A stretch of 64,000 bases of DNA from the NCBI RefSeq assembly GCF_963921235.1, contig NC_086108.1, forward strand, positions 60,700,001-60,764,000. The letters are read 5' to 3'. The position numbers and the translations under genes were made by a program. Shown one piece after another: positions 26,596 to 40,093 of the stretch; the first letter of the stretch is position 1, and the number at the start of each line of letters is the position of its first letter. Source of the DNA: Mobula hypostoma (Eukaryota). The notes under the pieces are model-generated. The model worked only from the letters and a program-made list of their open reading frames with translations. It was not told the origin of the DNA and ran no database searches.

Positions 26596-28212
26596 CAGGT
26601 GTCCCCCGCTTTTTGAATGTTCGCTTTATGAAACCTCACTGTTACGAAAGGCCTACATTAGTACCCTGTTTTCGCTTTCAGAAGGTGTTTTCTCTGTTAC
26701 GAAAAAAAATCAGCGCGCGATAAAAGGCAGTGCGCGCCCCGGGCAGCCGCTCTCCCCGGATTCAGAACTGCATTCTCGCCGGCATTGCTTAAACACGTGC
26801 CTGCGAGTAGTCGTTTGCAAGATGAGTTCTACGGTATCGGAAAAGCCTAAAAGAGCTCGTAAGGGTGTTACACATAGCGTAAAACTAGACATAATTAAGC
26901 GTTTCGATAGTGGTGAACGAAGTAAGGACAAAGTGAGTTTGACTTGTGGAAGCTGACGAACATGATGTTTGAAGAGGTTTTGGCATCCCATGACCAAGAT
27001 CTGATAGATGAAGAGCTGATGCAATTGGAAGAAAAAAGGATAACAATCAAAACCAAATGCAGTAGCAAAATGAACGTGAAGCAACTGCATGAGATTTTCG
27101 CTGCACTGATAAAGTACGACTTTAATTTTGAAAGGGTACGTAGGTTTAGGGGATATTTGCAAGATGGTTTGAGTCCTTCCAAGAACTGTGTGATAGAAAA
27201 ATGCACGAGGCTCAGCAGTCAGGCAAGCCTTCCACATCAGCCACAGCAGACGACGAACCTCGACCTTCGACATCGAGGCGGGCAGAGATAGAAGATGACC
27301 TGCCTGCCCTAATGGAAACAGACGATGACGAGATGACACCCCAGTGTCCTACCCCAACCCCGAGGCCACGGACAGATACAGATTTGCAGAGAATGCAGCA
27401 GTAGCCGGGAGGCACACAGCACATCTTTAAGAAAAAAGCCGAAATAAACATGCTAATTGATTAGGTGCCGCCCGACACGTAATTGCTGGCCCAGATCAGA
27501 GACGACACAATTGGAAATCGGCACTGATCTGGGCCGACAATTATGTGCCGGGCCGCACCTAATTAATTAGCATGTTTGTTTCAGCTTTTTTCTTAAAGAT
27601 GTGCTGTGTGCTTCCCGGCTACCGCTGGACCCCTGCATGCTTTGCAGATCAGTAGCGGTTGGTGGCCCGGAGGGTGGGGGCCACTGCACCACCCCAACCT
27701 GCGACGACTCAGCCTAACACACCATCGTCAGTGTGCTCGGCGCTGTCCCGATTCCGGTAAGTGATACTACACTGTACATACATTATTTCAACTTTACATA
27801 GGCTGTGTATTTTTACGTGTTATTTGGTATGATTTGACAGCTTCATAGCTTAAAGGTTACTGGAGAGTGCTTGCGCCGTGTTTTTGCCAACAGCGCTTGT
27901 GTGAGATTTTCTGCCGACAGGGCTTGCGTGAGATTTTCGCAACAGAGAACAGTTCAGTAATGATTGTGGAAAAGTATTTCTACTTTATATAGGCTGTGTA
28001 TTTATCATATCATTCCTGCTTTTACTATATGTTACTGTTATTTTAGGTTTTATGTGTTATTTGGCATGATTTGGTAGGTTATTTTTGGGTCTGCGAACGC
28101 TCACAAAATTTTCCTATATAAATAAATGGTAATTGCTTCTTCGCTTTACGACATTTCGGCTTACCAACCATTTCATAGGAATGCTCTACCTTCGGATGGC
28201 GGGGGAAACCTG
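26596..28212 (+). mobile_element. Internally deleted Tigger/pogo-type DNA transposon
   Basis: TIRs caggtgtcccccgc / gcgggggaaacctg, each flanked by TA. HTH N-terminus MSSTVSEKPKRARKGVTHSVKLDIIKRFDSGE is fused to an acidic C-terminal remnant; no DDE core. Confidence 0.88.
27396..27627. repeat. Long inverted repeat (~100-bp arms, ~25-nt loop) inside the Tigger element
   Basis: gtagccgggaggcacacagcacatctttaagaaaaaag... pairs with ...cttttttcttaaagatgtgctgtgtgcttcccggctac. Confidence 0.92.
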
Positions 28213-28820
28213 TACCTGAAACAATTTATAAGGCAGTAGATAAATGCAAGCCTTGCACTTTAAGTTCTGGTAGATTTCAATTGACAAACACAGTATGATC
28301 TGTATCTCAGTGTGGTGCTGAGGCAGACAGAGCTGAGGTCATTTCTTGGAGGTGAGATCCTGCTGAGTGCTATATGGATAAAAAGAAACTTAGATGAGAT
28401 CTGGACACTGTAGAGTGCTTTTATGGTGGGAAAGAGGATTGGGGAATGGAAACCACATGCCTTATTCCAACTTTCTCTCAGATCCAGGAGATGTTTACCA
28501 ATATGAGAGAAAATATTCTACAGATTATAGTCTTTGCAAGTGAGCTGCACCAATTTTCAAGTGAATCGCAGCAAAAATGAGAATTAAATGCAAGTTATTT
28601 TTCCAGTAAGTATATCATGTTGATGCAATGTCTGCATTTGGTTTCCGTTATTCATTTTGCTCCCATTATTTACTTTGCTACAGCAGGTGTTAAAGGCAAT
28701 ATAGTGAAATGAAGGAAAGAGGCACTGAGCCAGACTCTGCCATTGGAAAAAAAGCAAGCATGACATTTAATAAATTCAACCCTCTGTTTAACATTAAACT
28801 TTTAAGCAGAAACTACTCAC

Positions 28821-28900
28821 AGTCTGAGGATTCATCTTGCCAGTCATCAAAGCTAACAAATCATTATCAGACATGGTTATGGTGCAGTCAGCTTTCTTCT
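28821..28900 (-). CDS. SCP2: SCP2 penultimate coding exon
   Basis: 80-nt exon, ttctatag| ... |gtgagt. (E)[26 protein letters not shown]. Confidence 0.96.
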
Positions 28901-30522
28901 CTATAGAAAGGGAAAAGTAGTTCATAGAACTTATATGCAACACCATCAAAATACATTTGGAATTCTTTCATTACATATTAAATTGCAGTCTTATCCCAAC
29001 ATTGTCAAAACCACTGATGATGTCAGCAATCCCACAATTAAATTTCTTCTGACGTAGATCAATATAAATTTTTCAAAAACTATTTTTTAATAGTGCAAAG
29101 GCTTTTTGCCCAAATCCCACATTAACTACACCTTGTCCTTTCAAGAAGTCTGCTAACTACTGGCAAACTTAGGTGGCTGATTTATACGGTGGGATCCTAA
29201 GTTTAGTTATCCAGGACTACTGCTAAAAGAAACCTCATTTTGTTGCTCTAAAGTTATAAATCTGCAAGATTTAATTGTGCTACTTTATGTATTTTAATTC
29301 CTTTTAATCTGTCAAGAAAATAAAAGGACTTTAATGTGTGAGTAGTGGTTCCAAAAGGAATACTGATTTTAGCCACCTGTAGGTAATTACACTGAGTCAG
29401 ATATTTGGCCTTACCAGTCTGCCACATTGTTTAATAAGCTCTACTTAAACTTTACTTTTCCTCTCATGGATTCTCTTAGCTGCCAAAAATCTTGCTCAGT
29501 GTCTAAACCTCAGTAATCTGCTCATTACTTGGCTTCTAATAAGTGATCTGTTTGAATAAGATTCAAAATGTGCATCTGTGGAAAGAAATAACCTATTTTT
29601 GAAACACAGAAGAAATATCAAAATCTCAGTAAAATGGAACTCATGTATCTAACCAAATTGTAAGAAAAAGACAAATTAATTTTAAGAAACAATTGTTGAC
29701 TTGCTCCAAATTCTTAAGTGTTAGCTCTCTCTGCTTCATGTATAAATAAATTTGAAGTTCCAAAAAAAAGGACAGTTCAATGTGGAAAAACTTTTAAATA
29801 AATTGAGTGGCATAAAATCCATTGTGTACAATCGACCAATTCAAATGAAATTCACCAAGTTTCAGCTGTATGCTTCATGAAGAAAAGTACTTTACCCTCG
29901 ACCTCTACATTGAATCTTTCTTGAACCTGAATAATTGTTGAGTTCACTGTTCCAGTACACTTCCTTACTTTGTTGCTTAGATCTTGTTTTGTCTTTTTAA
30001 TTATTTTTCTATAGGACGGGTTAAGAAATGTATGGTTGCCTGCTCTCTTCACCCAAATGGCCAGAAGGAAGTACTGTATTGCCTCCCCCTCACTCTTCCT
30101 GCAACCTGTCACCCAGATTAAATTGGAAAAGCCAAGTACAAATAACACTACTGAGCAGTTACAAGAATCTTTCAGTTATTAAATGCCTGCACTGAAATCC
30201 CTAAAGCTTTCCTTTTACTTAACTTCTACTAATTCACAACTGCAGCCTGCTGCCAAATACAGAAATTCAAACAAAACCCTATGATATTGAGCTGGATTAT
30301 TGCATCTTTTATGTAATCTGTATGGCAATGGGAGCTATAGAATGCTACTACGTAAACCACTTGCATGCCTCCTTCAATAAACCACAATCAGCCAAATATA
30401 ATAGAAATAAAATATTCTCCCAGACCACAGTGTGTTATTAGTATGTTGGTGCTTCCTTTTCATTATTATTCAAGGGCAAAAACACAATATCTGTGTGCAT
30501 CAGAGAAGAAAATTTATGGTAC

Positions 30523-30652
30523 CAGAATTGAAGTCCACAGATCCTTTTCCATTCTTGACATCCACCACCCAGAGCCCTTCTTTGCCATCTGGGCCATCTT
30601 TAACTTTAAAAGCAAATACTCCTCCAATTTTCTTCACGAACACCTCTCCTTC
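30523..30652 (-). CDS. SCP2: SCP2 coding exon (sterol carrier domain)
   Basis: 130-nt exon, cccctag| ... |gtacca. [43 protein letters not shown] plus 1 nt. Confidence 0.96.
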
Positions 30653-30991
30653 CTAGGGGAAAGTCAAATCAGATATAGGAAATTCATTCAACTCTGTTCA
30701 AATGAAGATTATTCATAGATAATATATTCCAAGTGATAATGTATCAAGTCAGTCTGAAATCTAACAGCTCTAATGACATGGGTTTGATGCTGATGTCCTG
30801 TTTGAATGGAATATGCATATTCTCCCTGTGACCCCCTGGGGTGCTCCTGTGTCTTTCCATCTCCCAAAGACGTGCAGATCAGTACATTAATTGCCATTGT
30901 AAATTGCCCTGAATATGCAGATGACTGGCAGAATCTGGAAGCTGGTGAGAATGAGGAAAGAATAAAGTGGGATTAAAACAGGAGTAATGTA

Positions 30992-31522
30992 CAGTACTGT
31001 GCAAAAGTCTTAGGCACATTTATACAGCTAGGGTGCCGAAGACTTAGGCACCTTTATATAGCTAGGGTGCCAAAGACTTTTTGCATTGTACTGTATATTT
31101 GTCAACACAGAGCAGAGAGTGAACTTGTAAATCTGGCGGGAGCAATAAATGTTGGGAATGATGAGGGTGGAGTGCCACAGGAGGGGTGTGGGACAGGTGG
31201 CAGAGGAGGAGTTCCAGGGGCGGGGGTGTAGACAAACACAGCCCTGAAACACCAGGCAATGTCATTTGATTTCAAACAATTTGTTTATTGATCATTACAG
31301 AATGTCTCTCTGGTGCTTCCCGCTCCCTCCCCTCTCCCTTTCTCTTATCTCAACCACGATTTCCCTCTCCCTGCTCCCTTCCCCATCTCAGTCCACAGCA
31401 GACAGCCATATCAGAATCAGGTTTGTCATCACTCATATATGTTATGAAATTTGTTTTTTTCGTGGCAGTGCAGTGCAATACATAAAATTACTACAGTACT
31501 GTGCAAAAGTCTTAGGTACTGT
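30992..31522. mobile_element. Tc1-type hairpin MITE (30992-31093) and a second collapsed copy (31494-31522) bracketing ~400 bp
   Basis: ta|cagtactgtgcaaaagtcttagg ... gactttttgcattgtactg|ta, with an internal ~31-bp tandem duplication. Confidence 0.7.
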
Positions 31523-33123
31523 AGCTAGCTACTTCAGGGTAAAGAGACCACAAGCTCTGCTTAATGGGGAAAGGCATATAAGAAAATAACACCAAGACTG
31601 TAAACTTTTTTAATGTGAGCAGGAAACTATATGTACAAAAAGATCTTTAAAAAGTTTTCAAAAATGCAACAAGGGGGAGGATTTTTCAACTAAAGCAAAG
31701 CACATAAATTTAAAACAAATGTTTACTGCCCAGAGGTTTAGATGAAAGAAAACTGTAAATTGTTACAATATGGCAATAACCAAATTTCAAAGCACTATTT
31801 TAACGAGCTACCTATGCTGACATCCTCCAAGAGGTATTCAGGCAGCACACTGCTTAGTTTTATGCTGATCCACAATCAACTACTCTGCTCACACTAAAAA
31901 GATAAAAGGACCAGAACTGTAGACAGGTTGTTTAAACATCTGGTTTGAAGCAGTAATAAATGTGAATTTATAGTTGCACTCAGTAGTTATCATGGTGTAT
32001 GGTTTCCCAGTACATATACCATGAAGTAATTTACTACAGCTCCAAGTTCATATGCGTGCAGATTCAAGTTCCAACATGTAACCTAGAAACAAATAATTAT
32101 AGAACCTCGTGATAAATACAAATAGAGTTACCAAATTCGCTATAAAATAATTCAATGACTTGGATAAATGCAAAATGTAGGAGGCATGCAATGGGTAAAA
32201 CTTCAGAGTTTTCCAACATATGGGCAAAATAACCAAGAAACTAAACTAACAAGTAATGAAAATGGGGGACATAGCTGATTACTGAGGATTAAATTTCATT
32301 GATGATAATTAAAAACTACTGCAATGTATTTTCCACAATGATCTCACCATAATTCTTCAACAGTTAGCTATTCAAAGAGATCTAGATTTTTTGTGTACAA
32401 TTACAATATTGATGCCTGAACAGAAGAAAAAGAATCTGGTGTAGGTAGCATAGACATGGTTATCCAAATAATATCCTACACTGATATAATTTCTGATTCA
32501 TAAAATTCTATATCAGAAACTAGCAAGAATATTTTTGTAGAATGTAGGACAGGAATACAGCATCTGAAAGCATACACTGAATACACAGACAAGCCTGGCC
32601 AAGCCAACATAAAAATTACATAATTTGAAAAACACAATGATTTGGGATGGTAATGCATCATTTGAGCTTATCATGGAAACCTGACATAATAAAAGATATA
32701 AATGAACAAATGCACCAGAATTATACATTCAACATACAAAATAAATACATAAATCAACTGATTCACCTGCCATTCTCTTTTTTTGCAAATAATGGCATAA
32801 AATATCCAAAAGGCAAGCAAACAAAACATCAAAAAACCATCAGGATCTGCCCATTAATAGTTCCTTTTGCTGGCCCTGATCTTGTGTCTACTAATGGTTG
32901 GACTACCCAAGGCTGTCAAAGAGTTCTGAATTCCCTCCTTCTTGCCGTTGTAAAACCTCCTCTGACGATAAACTTGAGAACTACATCCAAAATTTTGTTC
33001 TTTGACTTGACATCCCATGATTTTAATTAACTCTTCGTACAGCACTTTGATTGATGTCACAGATAAATTCTTTAAAAGTTATAAAGTCAATACTTAAATT
33101 GAGTTGTAGTTTTATAATATATA

Positions 33124-34147
33124 TGAGGGGTGATTGATAAGTTCGTGGCCTAAGGTAGAAGGAGTCAATTTTAGAAAACCTAGCACATTTATTTTTCTAC
33201 ATAATCCCCTCCTACATTTACACACTTAGTCCAGCAGTTGTAGAGCATATGGATCCCTTCTTTGTAGAAGTCGGGGTCTTGGACCTCCAGAAAGTGGTCC
33301 ACAGCAGGGGTGAGTGATAAGTTCATGGCCCAAGGTAGAAGGAGATGAGTTATTAACTTCAAACTTGCTGCATACTCACTCAAAAGCCTGATTCATACTT
33401 CTGCATCAACTCAACGCCGTAACCTACGCACGTTGTGAGCATTTATACTTGTGTGTTGGTGTGTCTGTGTTGCTCTGCAATTCACGCACATCACGCATGT
33501 GCACACACCTGCCCGTGCAAGGCTTCATGGTCATGGTAGTCTTTCTCGGGGTAAACAAGAAGCGAGCATCTTTTCTCATAAAAGCGAAATGTGTCCTCCA
33601 TAATTTCGGAGGTCTGTAAAGCTTTATGGAAAGCATTGCAGCCAGAGTTCCTTCCCTGCCCTTCAGTCGCCCAATGGGAAGCTATTGCAGCGTAGGAGAA
33701 AATGCGATGCTACCAAACGGACCAATCACAGTTGTTGCATTCTGCATTGCCGCGACGCGCAGTTACATTTTGGGAGAGGTGCGCGTCAGGCTACGGCATA
33801 GGGATCCGCGTCGGCTCTGCATAGGGTTTGCGGCGACGCAGTACTTACGGTGTCAAGTTGACACAGAAATATAAATCAGGCTAAAGAGTTGAACTGCACG
33901 TGCATGTAACGAGAGCTGTATAACTCATCTCCTTCTACCTTAGGCCACAAACTTATCAATTATCCCTGCTGTGGACCACTTTCTGGAGACTTCTACAGAG
34001 AAGGGATCCATATGCTCCTCGACCACTGGACTAAGTGTGTAAATGTAGGTAAATGTAGGAGGGGACTATGTTGAAAAATAAATGTGCTAGGTTTTCTAAA
34101 ATTGACTCCTTCTACCTTAGACCACAAACTTATCAATTACCCCCACG
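33124..34147. mobile_element. Palindromic mariner-derived MITE built from two transposase 3' ends
   Basis: TA-flanked ends tgaggggtgattgataag / cttatcaattacccccacg. Both arms encode the mariner C-terminus (FYKEGIHML..WTKCVNVGGDYVEK*), in opposite orientations. Confidence 0.88.
33385..33882. mobile_element. PIF/Harbinger-like MITE nested in the mariner MITE
   Basis: TIRs agcctgattcatacttctg / cagaaatataaatcaggct; 3-bp duplication AAA; the empty site ctcaaagagttg is present in the paralog near 17333-17344. Confidence 0.8.
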
Positions 34148-35569
34148 TAGTACACTGTTTTGCACACTCCATTAACTTAATGGATCTATTAAGGTACTTT
34201 TGCCGGCTGATATAGCAACTGCTGCACTCAATTCATGAATGACATCTGGCCTGTGCACTCCTAAACACGTTACCATTTTCTAACCAGAGACATACTTACA
34301 AGTAAACAATATCCCAGTTTCTCACACAAATAAACGTAACAAATACAGTACTTGTCCCCAAAAGAGTATTTATAGCCATGTGGGAAGCAAGGAAGGTATG
34401 ATGCGGAAAGGAGCAGAAGGATGTATGATAGGGTTAAATAATAGAAGGCCATTGTGCACTGTCTCAGACTATTTTGTTAAAGTAGCTGTTTCTGTGCTGT
34501 AATTTCTCTATGTGATTCAATACAATCCTTGTTTCCCTATTTCTTTGCCAATCAAATTACAGATCACATTACAAATCACCACTCAATGAAAACTGTTTGG
34601 AAATATTCCAATTTATTTTGCACAGCACCTTTGCAATCTTAACTCTTTTTTTGGGGGGCTAGCTTCAATCTAATTCTCAAAAATGAAAGGACAATGTGGA
34701 TTCACCGAGGAAGTAAAACCGATGTAGCTGACCAAAATAGAATTAAGTGAAGAAAGGTGCTGCATTATTATCAGGAAAAATAAAGGAGAGCCAGTAAACT
34801 TTTACGACAGTAACAGAAATTTAATTAACCTCCTCACATCGCCCTCCCCAACTGCCAATTATTTCTCTAGCACTGATTAATCCATTTGGACACCTTTTGC
34901 CAGTATTTTTCTAGCAAAACACTGACCAGCTGAGACTGGTGACTGAATTTTAGCTAGACAGCACCAAACTGGAGAGCCCACTTTCAGGATTGCAAAAGAA
35001 ATATTGCTGGAAGCATTCAACAAGGCAGGCAGTCTTGTGGAAAATTGGTATTTCATGTCAAGAATCCTTAATCAGAATTGGAAAATTGAGACCACCAATG
35101 AATATTAAGTTTTAGAGTAATGCCTCTTCCACTATAACAACTAATTATTTTCACTACCCCCTCCTCTCTCTCATTAATTTGACCTGTAAAGTTAATGGTT
35201 TCCTCCCCCCCCCCCGCCCCAATGCTGCCTAACAAATTTAATATTTCTAGCAATTTCTCTTCCTCCAGTCTTCAGCATCTTCAGGTTTTGGGATCCAATG
35301 CATTTGGAGTGGTTGTCTTTTGTTAAATCAAAACTGAAACAATTGCTTATTTATCTGATAAATTTATTTTCATGCTAAGTCACTTTTCAAAATTATATGC
35401 TTGATTGATTTTTACAAAGCATATGCATAAAAGTACAAAGGTAGAGATGAATTTGAATTCTTTTAGAATTCAGTCAAGCTAGGATAATCCCTTTACAAGG
35501 CCATATTTATAATATTCATATTTAAAAATACTAAAATAAGTATATGTAGATTCTCTATGGACCAATCCC

Positions 35570-36268
35570 TGTTATTTAGAACAGTAATACTCAACAGTAC
35601 TGTGTCTGCTGTGGAGACCTTCAGATTTCTGGGTGTCACAATCTCCCAGGATCTGAAGTGGGCACCGAACGCAGACACTCTTATCAAAAAGGCTCAGCAG
35701 AGGTTGTATTTCCTATGTCAACTCAGGAAGTACACCCTGCCTCAGGAGCTGCTGATTCAATTCTATTCAGGAATAATCCAGTCCGTTCTCTGTTCATCCA
35801 TCACTGTCTGATGTGGATCAGCTATCAAACAAGAATAGACTCCAAAGAACCATCAGGGCTGCGGAAAGGATTATTGGTGTGAAGTTGCCCTCGATCCAGA
35901 ACTTATATGCATCTAGAGTCAGGAAGTGAGCAAGCAGCATCACTGTAGACCCATCACACCCTGGACATCACCTGTTCCAACTCCTTCCTTCTGGTAGGCA
36001 CTTTAGATCACTGTATACCAGGACAAATAGGTACAAGAATAGTTTCTTTCCGTATGCCATCAGTCCTATGAACACTTGAATTTTAGTCTATTATAAACCA
36101 AGCCCACCTGTGCATACACAGGTATACCTCATTGTATATAGTTCACGATTATTTGCACTATTGTTTTGTTTGCTTTTTGATTCTGTACAGCGAGAGCTCA
36201 GGGAAACCGGCATAAAATTCCCTATATGTGTCCACATACTTGGCGACAATAAAGGATTCTGATTCTAA
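35570..36268 (+). mobile_element. Rex1/Babar-like LINE 3' fragment with (gattct)n tail
   Basis: ORF 35557..35811 FRFLGVTISQDLKW...KKAQQRLYFLCQL; ends aataaaggattctgattct. Confidence 0.85.
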
Positions 36269-36352
36269 AAATAGTGTCCAAGTGGAAGGTGTCCATTCAA
36301 AAACTATAATAAAAGGAAATCTCAATATTTTCAATCATACACTTGTGCTCAT

Positions 36353-36558
36353 TTAGCCAGCCGGTGGTGTAGTGGCATCCACACCGGAATTCGAGGCAAA
36401 TGGTCTCAGGTCTGAATCTGGCCGGGTCCTTGCACGCTTTCCATCTGTGCTGGGTTAAGCATCGAGCTAGCAGCTCGACTTCGTAAAAAACAAAAAAAAT
36501 GCTATAGAAATGGCAATGTTGCCACTCAATAGGTCACAAGGCACAGAAAGGAACAACA
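36353..36558 (+). mobile_element. tRNA-derived SINE with (aac)n tail
   Basis: A-box-like tggtgtagtgg; flanking direct repeat acttgtgctcat / acttatgctcat (36341-36352 and 36559-36570). Confidence 0.8.
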
Positions 36559-36740
36559 ACTTATGCTCATACAATCACTATATTTGGTCTCCTGTGTACC
36601 TTCAGAATCAGAATCAGAATTGTTATCACCGGCATGTGTCGTGAAATTTGTTAACTTAGCAGCAGCAGTTCAATGCAATACATAATATAGAAGGAAAAAA
36701 AGAAAAAAAAACACAAAATAAAATAATAAATTACAGTATA

Positions 36741-36956
36741 GCTGGTTGGTGGCGCAGTGGTATCTGCGCAAGACTTCGGAGCGAAGGCTCCCGAGTTCGA
36801 ATCCAGCTGGCTCCCTTGCATGCTTTCCATCCGTGCTGGGTTGAGCATCGAGCTAGCAAATCGGCTTCATAAAAATAAGAAAGCCTGCTAAAAAAAAACG
36901 CCGTCATGACGGCGTCCCAATGACTCCACTCTGAGCTAAGGGCTTTCTTCTTCTTC
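36741..36956 (+). mobile_element. tRNA-derived SINE with (ttc)n tail, inserted in a minus-strand Rex1-like fragment (about 36603-37200)
   Basis: A box tggcgcagtgg, B box gttcgaatcc; 14-bp TSD taaattacagtata (36727-36740 and 36957-36970). Confidence 0.88.
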
Positions 36957-39900
36957 TAAATTACAGTATACGTATATTTAATACATTAAAAGTCATGCAA
37001 AAACCAGAAATAATATATTAAAAAAGTGAGGTATTTTCCAAGGGTTCAATGTCCATTTAGGAATCCAATGGCGGAAGGGAAGAAGCTGTTCCTGAATCGT
37101 TGAGTGTGTGCCTTCAGGCTTCTGTACCTCCTTCCTGACAGTAACAATAAGAAAAGGGCATGTCCTGGGTGCTGAAGGTGCTTAATAATGGACGCTGCTT
37201 TTAAAGCAATCGCCGTTTAATACAAGCTGACATTTTAAATGATGCATGTGAAGGTTAGCATTTCACAAAAATGTAAACACACATGAAGTAACTCATCATG
37301 GCTTTATGCCACGGCAGGAGTTGAATCTTATCTTACTCTGCCTGGAGTTTCAGACCACGTCACCTTCAGTCCAAAGTCAGCCTGTTACCCTCAGTTTTTC
37401 TCATTCCCCTGCGGAGCTGATTTTTTTTCTGTGACAGGGCCCCCAGATGCTCCCCGCCACATCACTCACACTTACATTCCTTTTATAAGAGCCTGAGCAG
37501 CAGGCTTTTGGCAAGCCTTCTAATCAGGGATGACATGATTCTGTCCTCAATGCACTTTCCCACAGCAGCAAAGACATGGGCTGATGTTTATTCCCTTCCC
37601 CACTACCCTTATTCAGGGGAACTAGCAGCAATTGTAGTTCAAGACTTGTACATCTGACACAAACTACTCATACTTGGCCTTTGCAAGAGGCCATCAGGGA
37701 AAAAAAAAACACACAAGCCAGAAGTCGTGCCTGCTTGAAACCAATTTTATACTTCTTGAGAAAATTGATTCAGTCAGTGAATTTTTTAAAACTTCATTTC
37801 TTGGGATGCAGGTATCGTTAGTAAGATCAGGATTTGTTGCTCATTCCCAAGTGTCCTTGAACAGAACTGCAAGCTCTGATCTTGAACCATTGCAGTTCCT
37901 GTTGTTGAAAGTATTCTCATAATTCCATTAGGTAGGGAGTTCACAGATTTAAACCTAACAACCATGAAGACCCACGTTAGGTGTGTGATTTGTAGAATAC
38001 TTCACTCGTGCGAAAGCAAATCTCTCAGACCAGGAGCATCCTGGGATTGATTCACTGTTTCTCCCAAGTTTAACATGGTTTGATAAGATGGTGATAGAGA
38101 AAACGCTACAGGATTTTATGCTCCTGCTGTCATTGGCTACAGCATAAGAGCAAGTAAAGACATCACCAGCTTAACAGTACACTATCACTGGCTAGACAAC
38201 TCCCTAACACCAATGATAAAGCCTGCATAAGAACGATAACCACTGGGTTCTTCACTTTAGCACAGGCAAATAAAAACAAAAGATTAATCTGTGATGATCA
38301 AACATGTTGGACCATTGGGTGAGCCAGCATACCAGTGGTTAATTGAAGCTTGTTTTTATCTATACCATAGTTGTGTAATACTCTTTTGACCTTAGTATGC
38401 TGAAAGACTGGTTTTCAGCATACACTACAAGCCCTCAAACAAAATAAAAAACTGGACTGTAACTGATTGTGCATCCTCTGGAGTTTGGAAATTCATGGTT
38501 TGAGAGTAGCTGTTCTGACCATGTCATAGAGTCATAAAGCACATCTTTCCTAGAGTGGAGCAACCAAAACTATACACAAGGACAATCTAACCATAGTTTG
38601 GTAAAGCTGCAACGTAACTTCCCAGCTTTTATATACTATGCCCCGACCCGTTGTATAATGCAAACATGGCTTATGTCTTCTTCACTACCTTATCCACTTA
38701 TGTCGCTACTTTCAGGAAACACTATGGCCCCTCTGTTCACCAGCATCCCTTAACATGCAACCATTTACTGTACATGTCCTACCCTGATCTGTCTTCTCAA
38801 AATGCATCACTGCTACTTGTTCGGATTAAATTCATTTTATCCCTCACCCTCATTGCCGAAGTCCACATATTGTTTACCCCTTTGGTGCTTAAGGAGATCC
38901 AGTCTTTCCTTTTCCTCTGAATAGACTTAATGAAGACTTAAGATTCTCTTTAATCTTATCATGGCTCATTTGTGCCCTCCTTTCTTGATTTCTTTCCTAT
39001 ATGATATTTCTGTAGAGATTCACATGCTAATAGTTACCTATACCTGTCATGTGTTTCCTTCCTTATCCTGAACAAGCTTTCATTATGCCTTAGCTGGCTG
39101 CAGTTATAGGGTGAGATTAGACAGGCTGGCTTATTCTCACTGGAATACTGGAGACTGAACTGTAACCATAGAAAAGATTTACAAAATTATGAAGGGTATA
39201 AACAGAGAAGGGAGTCAGGATCTTTTTGGCTCAGGGCAAGGCAGTCTAGAGCTAAACAAAAGTCCACCTAGACAACAGACATGCTCCCTTCTCATTACTA
39301 ATATCAAGAAGGAAGTACAGGAGCTTAAAGGCACACAGCCCTGCCATTAGGTTTTGGAATGGTCCCTAAACCCATGGACACTACCTCACTATATTTGCTC
39401 TCTTTTTTGCACTACTCATTTATTTTTTATCTATGTATTTCTTATTGTAACTTCTAGTATATTTTGTGTATTGCGCTGCAATTGCAGCTGCAAAACAACA
39501 ATTTCTATGACATTTGTCAGAGATAATAAAGCTGATCCTGATGGTAGTTTTCAGGTGAGGGGGAAAAATATAAATGATATCTGAGGGGTAGTATTTTCAC
39601 ATAAAAGACGACGAACATTTGAAATGAGCTGCCACAGGAGGTCATGGAAGCAGATACTATTACAAGATTTAAAAGGGTTTGGGACAAGTACTTGGAAAGG
39701 AAATGAATAGAGGGATACACTTCTAATGCAGGCAGTTGAGATTAGCAATACATAGGCATCATGGATGAGGTGGGACAAAAGGGCCTGTTTCTGGACCGTG
39801 TGTTTCTCTGAAAATTAACCTTATTTCTCTTGCACCTTTCTCCAATTTGCTTACCTATTTGTATTTCTAATCCTTGCAGACTACTGAGAGGCCTTCAGTA

Positions 39901-40093
39901 TAATCTCAGCAAAGTGACTGAGCCATTCTTATTCCAAAATTCCACCCATGTGGCATCATTTGTCAATCTGTCCAGGATATCTTCTCCAAATACTGCCCCG
40001 ATACATTCACTCCAGGTGAAAAAAAAAATCACTTTGATGCTTGACGTATTTTGAAAGCACATGATGAGGGTCACACAGGTAGTTCAAAATATA

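Noticed and set aside
36741..36815. tRNA gene (A and B boxes)
   Set aside because: It is the head of a SINE with body, simple-repeat tail and TSD; no convincing cloverleaf.
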